A stretch of DNA of 63,456 nt from contig CAYVKX010000002.1 of assembly GCA_964452095.1 (NCBI GenBank), positions 1 to 63,456 of the forward strand, in the 5' to 3' direction. The notes beneath the pieces were generated by a model. That model made no database searches, was not told the DNA's origin, and saw nothing but the letters and a program-made list of their open reading frames with translations. The translations under genes and the position numbers were made by a program. Position 1 is the first letter of the stretch. Each line of letters begins with the position of its first letter. This document shows positions 38,139 to 46,778 of the stretch, piece by piece. This stretch comes from an uncultured Weeksellaceae bacterium (lineage in GTDB: Bacteria; Bacteroidota; Bacteroidia; Flavobacteriales; BACL11).

Positions 38139-38995
38139 GCAGAATAGATGTACTAAAAACATATAAAATTTTTATTGGAGGAAAGTTTCCAAGAACAGAA
38201 TCAGGAAGATATTTTCATGTAAAAAATGAAGATGGAGATTTGCTTTCAAATATGTGTTTGTCTTCCAGAAAAGACTTTAGAAATGCAGTAGTTTCAGCAA
38301 GAAAAGCACAAAAAGGTTGGGAGGAGACAAAAGCTCTAAATAAAGGGCAAATTCTCTATAGAATTGCAGAAATGTTGGAAGGAAGAAAATCGCAATTTAT
38401 TGCTGAATTAATGCTGACAGGAAGCACGAAATCTGAGGGAAAAAAGGAAGTAGAATTGTCAATAGATAGATTGATTTATTATGCTGGTTGGAGCGATAAA
38501 TTTTCTCCAATTTTAAGCTCAGTAAATCCTGTTTCTTCTAATCACTTTAATTTTTCTGCACCAGAGGCAGTTGGAGTAGTTTCAGTAATTGCCCAAAATG
38601 AAGCACCCCTTTTAGGCTTAGTTTCAATGATAGCACCAATTATTGTTGGTGGAAATACCTCAGTTGTTCTTTCTTCAGAAAAAAATCCTATGATTAGTAT
38701 TTCTTTTGCTGAAGTTCTGAATACTTCTGATGTGCCAGCAGGAGTGGTAAATATTATGACTGGAAAAAGGGAAGAGTTACTTTCTCATTTTGCAACTCAT
38801 ATGGATGTAAACGCCATTATTTATTGTGGAAGTAATGAAAATCAAATAAAAGAAGTAGAAGAATTGTCAGTAGAAAATTTAAAAAGAACACAAATTTATA
38901 AACGAACAAATTGGGATGTAGCATCTGCTCAATCCCCATATTTTATTGAAAAATGCCAAGAAATAAAAACCACTTGGCATCCAACACAGGTATAA
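38135..38995 (+). CDS. ALDH-like protein consisting only of the N-terminal/cofactor-binding half (no catalytic Glu or Cys region)
   Basis: Aligns by eye to residues ~25-265 of the preceding ALDH (FIGGKF vs FIDGEF; PAGVVNIMTG vs PKGVVNIVTG) and stops where ELGGK would be. ATGA start/stop overlap with the upstream gene. Confidence 0.7.
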   Translation: MSRIDVLKTYKIFIGGKFPRTESGRYFHVKNEDGDLLSNMCLSSRKDFRNAVVSARKAQKGWEETKALNKGQILYRIAEMLEGRKSQFIAELMLTGSTKSEGKKEVELSIDRLIYYAGWSDKFSPILSSVNPVSSNHFNFSAPEAVGVVSVIAQNEAPLLGLVSMIAPIIVGGNTSVVLSSEKNPMISISFAEVLNTSDVPAGVVNIMTGKREELLSHFATHMDVNAIIYCGSNENQIKEVEELSVENLKRTQIYKRTNWDVASAQSPYFIEKCQEIKTTWHPTQV

Positions 38996-39019
38996 AAAAC
39001 AAAAAGAAAAAACAAGAAA

Positions 39020-39811
39020 ATGAATTTTGAAGAACTATTAAAAACGGCAATCAATGCTTCTATAAAAGGAGGACATGCCATTATGGAAGTTTATGCTTCC
39101 GATTTTGCAGTGGAGCATAAAGAGGATAATTCTCCACTTACACTTGCAGATAAAAATTGTAATGATGTAATTGAAGCAGATTTACTTAAAACCAATATTC
39201 CGATTTTGAGTGAGGAAGGAGCAAAAACTCCATATTCTGAGAGAAAAGATTGGGAATATTCTTGGTTAGTTGACCCTTTAGATGGAACAAAAGAATTTGT
39301 AAAAAGAAATGGAGAGTTTACGGTAAACATTGCACTGATTCATAATGGAAACCCAATTATGGGAGTTATTTATGTCCCTGTAAAAGAAGAGTTGTATTTT
39401 GCTTTGGAGGGGTTAGGTTCTTATAAACTTAGCAGAAATTCAGTAATTGATAATTTGGAGAAACTGATTTCTAACTCAGATAAATTGCCGATTGATTATA
39501 ATAGAAATAATTATGTGGTGGTTGGTTCTCGTTCGCATATGTCTTCTGAAACAGAAGTATTTTTCAATCAGAAGAAAAAAGAGTATGGAAATGTAGAGGT
39601 GATGGTAGTTGGGTCATCATTAAAACTATGTATGGTAGCAGAGGGGAAGGCAGATGCTTATCCTAGATATGCCCCAACAATGGAATGGGATACAGGAGCT
39701 GGACATGCTATTGCAAAATATGCGGGTTTTTCTGTAAAACAATACGATTCAACAGAAGATGTAATTTACAATAAAGAGGATTTACTAAACCCTTGGTTTT
39801 TAGTGAAATAA
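39020..39811 (+). CDS. cysQ: 3'(2'),5'-bisphosphate nucleotidase CysQ (PAP phosphatase)
   Basis: ILSEEG, WLVDPLDGTKEF and MEWDTGAGHAI motifs of the inositol monophosphatase/CysQ family. Confidence 0.85.
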   Translation: MNFEELLKTAINASIKGGHAIMEVYASDFAVEHKEDNSPLTLADKNCNDVIEADLLKTNIPILSEEGAKTPYSERKDWEYSWLVDPLDGTKEFVKRNGEFTVNIALIHNGNPIMGVIYVPVKEELYFALEGLGSYKLSRNSVIDNLEKLISNSDKLPIDYNRNNYVVVGSRSHMSSETEVFFNQKKKEYGNVEVMVVGSSLKLCMVAEGKADAYPRYAPTMEWDTGAGHAIAKYAGFSVKQYDSTEDVIYNKEDLLNPWFLVK

Positions 39812-39815
39812 ACCC

Positions 39816-41166
39816 ATGAAAGAAAAGTTTTTAAAAGCATTAGAGGATAAAGATTTTTCTGAATTATTTAAGAAGGGAGGAGTGTCTTTTCTTATGCGTG
39901 TTGGCGGGCAAATTATGGGCTTTGTTATTACCTTTATAATTGCTCATTATTTTGGAGCAAAAGGATTGGGCGATTATGTTTTAGCAATAATTGTTTTAAG
40001 GATATTTACTTTAATAGCAAAATTGGGAATTGATACTTCTTCCATTCGGTTTATTGCTGAATATGCTGCTAAAAATCATTGGAAAGGTCTAAGAAAATAT
40101 AGAGAAAAAGTCTCATTACTTTTGCTATTTTCCACTTTATTATTTTCGATAATAATGTTTGTTTTTGCACTACCAATTGCAAATTTAGTAGGTGCAAATC
40201 CTTTTTATATTAAGCTGAATTCATTTTTTATTCTCCCAATGACATTTTTTGTTTTGAATTACCAAAGCTTAAGAGGAATGAAGAAAATAGCAGAATTTTC
40301 TTTTTTTTTATTGGATGTCAAGAGTTACTTTTTCGGCAGTAATAATTTTGATAGCTGTACAATTTTCAAGAAATGAAAACATTCCGATTCTTGCTTTTTT
40401 ACTAGGGTTAATTATTGTTTCTGTTTTGTCATATTTTGTTTTTTCTAACAAATTAGATTTAGAGGAAAGAAAAAACAATACAGCACAAAATGATTTAGGA
40501 ATAAGTTTAGGGTACAAAACAATACTTCTTGTTTCACTGCCATTATTATTGGCTCAATCAGGACAATTTATAATGGCTTGGACTGATAAACTGATGTTGG
40601 GAGGGTTTATGTCAGCAACAGAAGTAGGTGTTTATGATGTAGCATTTAAGTTATCTATGTTTGTGAATATAGCACTTACATCAGTAAATAGTATTTCCTC
40701 CCCAAAATTTGCCGAAATGTATGCTAAAAAAGATTTTAAGCGATTAGAGAAAATTGTTCATCAATCAACAAAAATTATTTTTTGGACTACAGTGCCATTA
40801 TTAGTGGTTTTCTTCTCATTTTCTTCTCAACTTTTATCATTATTTGGGGATGAGTTTGCTTCAGGAATGCAAGTGTTCATGATTTTGTGTTCAGCAAGAA
40901 TGGTTAGTGCTTTTTCTGGACCAGCAGGAAATTTGTTGCAAATGACTGGCAGACAAGTAATTTTCATGAAAGTGTTATTTATTGGAGCAATAATAAATTT
41001 TGGGCTAAACTTTATTTTAATCCCAAAATTTGGCATTGAAGGAGCTGCTTATGCTAGTATTTTTAGCATTGTTTTTTGGAACCTTACAATGGTTTATTTT
41101 GTAAAAAAAGAGTTTGGATTTTTAACAATATATATTCCTTTTTCTATAAAAAATAATGACAAATAA
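39816..41166 (+). pseudogene. wzx: Wzx-type (MOP superfamily) polysaccharide flippase split by a 1-nt frameshift in a T9 run (ORFs 39816-40376 and 40315-41166)
   Basis: The two adjacent ORFs (186 + 283 aa) together make a ~450-aa polytopic protein with a Polysacc_synt_C-like end (FGIEGAAYASIFSIVFWNL). The frames differ by +1 and both are open across ttttcttttttttta (40296-40310). Confidence 0.7.
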
Positions 41167-42052
41167 TTTACCAAATTTATTAATTGTTGGTGCAGCAAAA
41201 AGTGGGACTACTTCATTACACAACTATTTGAATCAACATTCTGATATTTTTATGTGCTCACCAAAAGAGCCACATTTTTTAATAAATAATGATATTGGAG
41301 TAAAGAGGATCCCCAAAGGTATTTTGAATTTTGAAGATTATAAATTGCTTTTTTCTGGAGTAGAAGATGTGAAATATAAAGGAGAATCAAGTGTGATGTA
41401 TTTGCAGTTTCCTGAGATTACTATTAAGAATATCAAAAGATATTTATCTAAGGATGTGAAAATTATTATTATGTTAAGAAATCCTGTAGAGCGTGCTTAT
41501 TCTGGGTTTCAACATGTGAAAAGGTATAACACACAAGAAAATTGCAAGGATTTTAAAACCGCTTGGGATATATCAGAACAGAGGTATTTTGAAAAAAAAG
41601 AAATAACTCCAGCCACAAGATATAAAGAGTTAGGTCTGTATCATAAACAAGTAAAATCTTTTTTAGAAGGACTGAAAAATGTTCATATTATTATTTATGA
41701 TGATTATTTATCAGATTTTCAAAAGGAAATGAATAGAGTGTTTGATTTTTTGGGAATAGAAAAAATGGAAGTAAATGCCAAGCAAAAACATATGGTTGGG
41801 GGGTGGCAATGGGAAAATGAGAAAATAAAAAACGTAATGATGAAGAAAAACCAATTTAAATCTTTTTTGAAGATTCTTATCCCATTCAAGGGAATCAGAA
41901 AAAAAATAAGAGGTAAGTTGCAAGAGAATAATACAATAAGAGTAGCTAAGATAAATGATAAAGATAAAGAAATGCTGAAAGAATTTTACAGAGAAGATGT
42001 AAAAAAACTTTCAGGATTATTAGGTAGGGATTTAAATTTTTGGACACAATGA
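41156..42052 (+). CDS. PAPS-dependent sulfotransferase (Sulfotransfer_1-like)
   Basis: 5'-PSB loop PNLLIVGAAKSGTTSL, KEPHFL, 3'-PB IIMLRNPVERAYSGF. Confidence 0.8.
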   Translation: MTNNLPNLLIVGAAKSGTTSLHNYLNQHSDIFMCSPKEPHFLINNDIGVKRIPKGILNFEDYKLLFSGVEDVKYKGESSVMYLQFPEITIKNIKRYLSKDVKIIIMLRNPVERAYSGFQHVKRYNTQENCKDFKTAWDISEQRYFEKKEITPATRYKELGLYHKQVKSFLEGLKNVHIIIYDDYLSDFQKEMNRVFDFLGIEKMEVNAKQKHMVGGWQWENEKIKNVMMKKNQFKSFLKILIPFKGIRKKIRGKLQENNTIRVAKINDKDKEMLKEFYREDVKKLSGLLGRDLNFWTQ

Positions 42053-42933
42053 GTTTGCCAAATTTTATGTGTATAGGAGCAGCAAAAAGCGGTACAACCA
42101 CTTTGTATGATATTTTGCGCCAACATCCTGATGTATTTATCCCTGCATTTAAGGAACCACATTTTTTTGATATTCCTGCTAATTATAAGAATGGAATTGC
42201 ATGGTATGAAAGAACTTATTTTAAATCAGTAAAAAATGAGAAATGTATTGCCGACTTCACTCCTTCTTATTTTTTTGAAGCAAATACAGCAAAAAGAATC
42301 TATAATGACTTAGGTGAAGATGTAAAGTTTATAGTCATTTTAAGAAATCCTGTTGATAGAGCTTATTCTCATTATTTACATTCTTTGCGAGATGAAAGGG
42401 AAGAATTGATATTTTCGGATGCAATAGAAATAGAAAAGCAAAGGTTGAGTAATTACAAGAAAAACAATGATGTCTTAAACTATTTGAGACATTCTTACAT
42501 TTCACAAAGTATGTATGGAAGCATGTTACAATTTTATTTAAAGGATTTTCCAATTGAGAATTTTTTAATTATTCATTTTGAAAAAGAATTTATTGCTCAA
42601 AGAAAACAAACCATAAAAAAGGTGCTTAATTTTTTGGACTTAGATGATGAAGTTGAACTCAAAATTGATTTGAAAAGTAATCCTGCAAGTAAAGCTCGTT
42701 CAAAAACAATAAAAAGAATGATGCAAAAAACAGGATGGTGGAGAACTATTCTTAAAATTATTTTGCCTTCACAAATAAGACAAATAATGAAAAACAGAAT
42801 TCAAAGAGCAAATATTAGTAGTTTTACCCCAGAACCCATACAAGAAGAAGAACGAAAAAGAATCTTTTTAAATTATTTTTCAGAAGATATAAAAATGTTA
42901 GAAAAATTATTAAATAAGAAAATGAATTGGTAG
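42049..42933 (+). CDS. PAPS-dependent sulfotransferase (Sulfotransfer_1-like), paralog of the preceding gene
   Basis: PNFMCIGAAKSGTTTL, KEPHFFD, VILRNPVDRAYSHY. The ATG at 42049 overlaps the upstream stop (ATGA); the track start at 42040 is TTG. Confidence 0.8.
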   Translation: MSLPNFMCIGAAKSGTTTLYDILRQHPDVFIPAFKEPHFFDIPANYKNGIAWYERTYFKSVKNEKCIADFTPSYFFEANTAKRIYNDLGEDVKFIVILRNPVDRAYSHYLHSLRDEREELIFSDAIEIEKQRLSNYKKNNDVLNYLRHSYISQSMYGSMLQFYLKDFPIENFLIIHFEKEFIAQRKQTIKKVLNFLDLDDEVELKIDLKSNPASKARSKTIKRMMQKTGWWRTILKIILPSQIRQIMKNRIQRANISSFTPEPIQEEERKRIFLNYFSEDIKMLEKLLNKKMNW

Positions 42934-44207
42934 TGAAATATCTTTTAAAACATAAAATAATTGACAATATAATTGTAATGTTATTAGTTTTTAGTAGCGG
43001 AGGATTACTTTTTGTTTTCAATAGAAATATCATGTATGCTGTATTTGCTTTTGTACTAGCTATTGCGTTTCTTTTCACAGGAAAAAAAATAAAAACAACT
43101 TTTTTTAATCAATCGCTTATTACTTTTATATTAGTAATCGCCTTGCTTAGTGTTAATTACTTTTTTGCAATTTCAGAACAATCTACAAATAAATATTTAT
43201 ATTACTTTATGGTTATTTCTGTTTCTGTTGCAACACTTTTTCATTTTTACAACAATAGAAGTAAGGATATATTTATTTCCAGATTATATTTTGTATTGAA
43301 GATAATTACTATACATGCGTTTATTCAAGTATTTGCATATTTAATTGTGGGCGGACAGTTAAAAACTATTATAAATGCTGAATATGAATGTGAGACATTT
43401 AATTACATCTTTTATTATGCTTTTTTAGAAGAAAAGAAACATGCTTTTATTTCCCTTTTTGGATTAGATATTATAAGAAATCAGGGGTTGTTTTGGGAGG
43501 CAGGAGTGGCACAAGTATTTTTTAATATATTTTTCTTTTTGGAGGCACATATCATAAAAAAAAGCAAATATTTATTAGTATTGGCAGCTATTACAATTCT
43601 CTCTACTTATTCTACTGCCGGCATCTCTATTTTAATGTTACAAATTATTTTTTATGTTGTAACCGAATTAAAAAAGAATAAAATAATTATCCCTATACTT
43701 TTAGTTGCAGCTTTGCCAGTATATAATATTTTCACTACCAATATAGAGGCGAAATTTTCTGGAGAACAAGAAGCATCATTTCAAAAAAGATTTTTTGACA
43801 TGGTGCAACCATTTTTTATTGCAGTAGAAAATCCGCTTACAGGAATTGGATTAGATCTTTATAAGTTTCAGGAGTATAGATATAATTTTACTTTTTCTTC
43901 CAATACCTTTGATGATTTGCAAAAGCAAACAGGATTTGAACTGAAAATGTCAGGAACTGATCAAGGAAGTAGCAATTCGTTTATGTTCTTATTAGCCACC
44001 ATGGGATTCCCTACCGGAATATTTTTTATTTATATGTTCTTTAAACAAAAAATAATTACTAAGCGAAAAGAGATGCTGTTTGCTATTATAGTTTTATCAT
44101 TAATGTCATCTCCATTGTTTTTACGCCCATTCTTTTTTGTATTCATTATGTCTGGTATTATGTTTACAATAAGTAAAATTTCAATGCAAAAAAATCAAAT
44201 AATATGA
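42927..44207 (+). CDS. wzy: Wzy-like O-antigen/EPS polymerase (polytopic membrane protein)
   Basis: About 10-11 hydrophobic segments with a large loop (RNQGLFWEAGVAQVFF). The start is ambiguous: TTG 42927, GTG 42933 or ATG 42978. Confidence 0.55.
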   Translation: MVVKYLLKHKIIDNIIVMLLVFSSGGLLFVFNRNIMYAVFAFVLAIAFLFTGKKIKTTFFNQSLITFILVIALLSVNYFFAISEQSTNKYLYYFMVISVSVATLFHFYNNRSKDIFISRLYFVLKIITIHAFIQVFAYLIVGGQLKTIINAEYECETFNYIFYYAFLEEKKHAFISLFGLDIIRNQGLFWEAGVAQVFFNIFFFLEAHIIKKSKYLLVLAAITILSTYSTAGISILMLQIIFYVVTELKKNKIIIPILLVAALPVYNIFTTNIEAKFSGEQEASFQKRFFDMVQPFFIAVENPLTGIGLDLYKFQEYRYNFTFSSNTFDDLQKQTGFELKMSGTDQGSSNSFMFLLATMGFPTGIFFIYMFFKQKIITKRKEMLFAIIVLSLMSSPLFLRPFFFVFIMSGIMFTISKISMQKNQII

Positions 44208-44247
44208 AACGAAAATTGTTCGCGAACACAATTAAAATAGTAGTAAA

Positions 44248-45381
44248 GTGAGTAAAAAAATATTAATAACAGGTGGGGCGGGATTTATTGGGTCTAATCT
44301 AACTAAGAAATTAGTTGAAAAAGGATATGAAGTTACCATACTTGATAATTTGTCCAAGCAAATACATGGAGAAGATCAATCTTCATCTTTGTATAAGTCT
44401 ATAAAAGAGATATCTCACTTTATTTTAGGAGATGTGCAAAATAAAGAGGATTGGAGAAAAGCGTTAGATGAGAAAGATGTTGTAATTCACTTAGCAGCAG
44501 AAACCGGCACAGGACAATCTATGTATGAAAAAGAAAAATATAATAATGTAAATATAGGAGGTACTAAAAACTTAATTGAACTATTAGAAAATGAGCAGCA
44601 CCAAATAAAAAAAGTAATAGTCGCTTCATCTAGAGCAGTATATGGAGAAGGAAAATATTATTGTAATCTACATAATATTCAATATCCACATAAAAGAAAA
44701 GATGAAGATTTAAGAAATGGAAAATTTAATCCAATATGTGAGAATTGTAAAAGAGAGTTACAGTTACTCCCAACAGATGAATCATCAGTAATTAATCCTT
44801 CTTCACATTATGCTACTACCAAATACCAACAAGAAAAAATGATATTGAAAATTGGGGAATTGTTGGAAATTCCATCTGTTGCGTTAAGATTTCAAAATGT
44901 TTATGGCCCAGGACAATCTTTATCCAACCCTTACACAGGAATCTTATCGATATTTTCAACAAGAATATTAAATGGAAATAATATAGATATTTATGAAGAT
45001 GGAAAGGAGAGTAGAGACTTTGTTTTTATTGATGATGTAGTTGATGCTACAATTTTAGCTTTAGAAAACAAAAATGCAAACAATCAAGTTTTTAATGTTG
45101 GATCTGGAGTGGGAACTTCTGTAGAAACTGTAGCCAATATGTTAAAAGAAAAATATAATAGTAGAATAAATTTAAAGATAAGTGGAAAATATAGAATTGG
45201 GGATATTAGGCATAATATTGCTGATTTAACAAAAGTGAAAAAAATATTAGGTTTTCAGCCAAAAGTTGATTTCAAAATGGGAATATCAAAGTTTGTAGAT
45301 TGGGTAAAAACACAAGAAGTACAGGAAGATAAATATGATATTTCTATTAAGGAACTGAAAGATAAAGGTATTATTAAATGA
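44248..45381 (+). CDS. NAD-dependent sugar-nucleotide epimerase/dehydratase (extended SDR) with a Cys/His-containing insertion
   Basis: ITGGAGFIGSNL, catalytic S...YATTK. GTG is the only available start. The insertion is CNLH...CENC at 44662-44748. Confidence 0.8.
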   Translation: MSKKILITGGAGFIGSNLTKKLVEKGYEVTILDNLSKQIHGEDQSSSLYKSIKEISHFILGDVQNKEDWRKALDEKDVVIHLAAETGTGQSMYEKEKYNNVNIGGTKNLIELLENEQHQIKKVIVASSRAVYGEGKYYCNLHNIQYPHKRKDEDLRNGKFNPICENCKRELQLLPTDESSVINPSSHYATTKYQQEKMILKIGELLEIPSVALRFQNVYGPGQSLSNPYTGILSIFSTRILNGNNIDIYEDGKESRDFVFIDDVVDATILALENKNANNQVFNVGSGVGTSVETVANMLKEKYNSRINLKISGKYRIGDIRHNIADLTKVKKILGFQPKVDFKMGISKFVDWVKTQEVQEDKYDISIKELKDKGIIK

Positions 45382-46778
45382 GAAATCTAATTATATTTTT
45401 TCTTTTATCTAGTAGTTATTCTTTTTCTCAAGAGGATAGGTCTAATTTATTTGGTTTTCGGTTAAGCACCTCTTTTGTATTTTTTGATGTTGAAGATACT
45501 ACTTTCTCCAATAAAGTAATGTCATTAAACCCTCAAGTTTTAAGTTTTCCAGGAGGGCTAGGGAATTTTTATCATCTCAATGGTAGAGCATACGGAATAA
45601 ATGTGGAGGAGGTAGAAAAGTATCATAAGGGAAGTAAACCGAAAATTGCTAAAACACTAAATAAAATTAGCAGCAACAAAGGGCATGAAAAAAATTATAT
45701 TTATGATTTTATAGTATTAGTAAAAAAGACTAATGCAAAAGTGATTTTTAATATAAACATTCTTAATGAAGCACCTCAAGATTATTTAAAAGCCCTTAAA
45801 CTTTTTTCTGAAAACAATATTGATTTGGTAGGAGTTGAGCTTGGAGGGGAACTTTCAAATAGTGTATATAAGCACATTATTGATGAAAAAAAATATATTG
45901 AATTAGCAAAAAAATGTGCAATAAAAGTGAGAAAAGAATTCCCAAATTTAAAAATTTCGGTAGTTGCAGCACCAGTTAATGTGCTCAAAAGACATGATAA
46001 TTGGAATAATGCTTTGGCAAAAGAAACCTTTTATGATGCGATAGTAGTTCATTCTTATGCTAAAGTTACAAAAGGAAAAAGTCGCTTTGGGCAAATGACA
46101 AACGAAACTTCTGAGGGGGGGAATAAAAAAGATGCTTTTGATTTATATAAACAAAGGACATTAAATTATTTTAAATATTCATATCCTAAAAATATTGAGG
46201 AATATAATATCGCATTTCAGGACAAGCCAATTTGGATAACCGAATGGAATTTGCAAATGTCAAAGATTACTGCTAATACACTTTTTCAAGGGATTTTTGC
46301 AGCAAATTATTTGTTAGAATTGTGTACAAATCCGAAATTACAAACAATAGAACTTACCACTTTTCATAACTTTGCGGGAAGAACTCTTTCAGGATCAATG
46401 CTCTTGAAAAAAGAAAATAAAACCTATGTTTTATCTACATATCTACCAATGAAAATGATGAGTGTTCTTTTTTCGGATTCAAGATTAGTTGGAAGCAAAC
46501 AAATTATTGCTAAAGAATGTTTTGCATATCAATTTACAGATAAGGAAACTTCAAAGCAACTCATTTATTTTATTAATTGGTCAGACAAATCGGTTATGCA
46601 TACAATGAAAAAAAGCAAGAAAGATGATTGGATAAAAACTGAATATTTTGCAGATGAATTATATAGCACTACAATGGATGAAAAAAACACTTTTCAATTC
46701 CTCACTCAAAAAATAAAATATGTTTCTGAGATTAATTTGAAACCTTATAGTATTACTTTATTACAGATAGATGAATAG
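45378..46778 (+). CDS. Secreted clan GH-A-like (beta/alpha)8 glycoside-hydrolase-like protein
   Basis: Signal peptide MRNLIIFFLLSSSYSFSQ, LSFPGG, GVELGGE (in place of the usual ELGNE acid/base strand), and IWITEWN (nucleophile-type strand). Confidence 0.5.
   Translation: MRNLIIFFLLSSSYSFSQEDRSNLFGFRLSTSFVFFDVEDTTFSNKVMSLNPQVLSFPGGLGNFYHLNGRAYGINVEEVEKYHKGSKPKIAKTLNKISSNKGHEKNYIYDFIVLVKKTNAKVIFNINILNEAPQDYLKALKLFSENNIDLVGVELGGELSNSVYKHIIDEKKYIELAKKCAIKVRKEFPNLKISVVAAPVNVLKRHDNWNNALAKETFYDAIVVHSYAKVTKGKSRFGQMTNETSEGGNKKDAFDLYKQRTLNYFKYSYPKNIEEYNIAFQDKPIWITEWNLQMSKITANTLFQGIFAANYLLELCTNPKLQTIELTTFHNFAGRTLSGSMLLKKENKTYVLSTYLPMKMMSVLFSDSRLVGSKQIIAKECFAYQFTDKETSKQLIYFINWSDKSVMHTMKKSKKDDWIKTEYFADELYSTTMDEKNTFQFLTQKIKYVSEINLKPYSITLLQIDE

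Noticed and set aside
38135-38995. Half-ALDH considered as a frameshifted pseudogene
   Set aside because: Only 24 nt separate its stop from cysQ, so no displaced catalytic-domain coding sequence exists. It is kept as an intact short paralog (see findings).
40308-40517. 69-aa minus-strand ORF spanning the wzx frameshift site
   Set aside because: Antisense to the flippase reading frames. The two sense-strand ORFs together reconstruct a normal Wzx.
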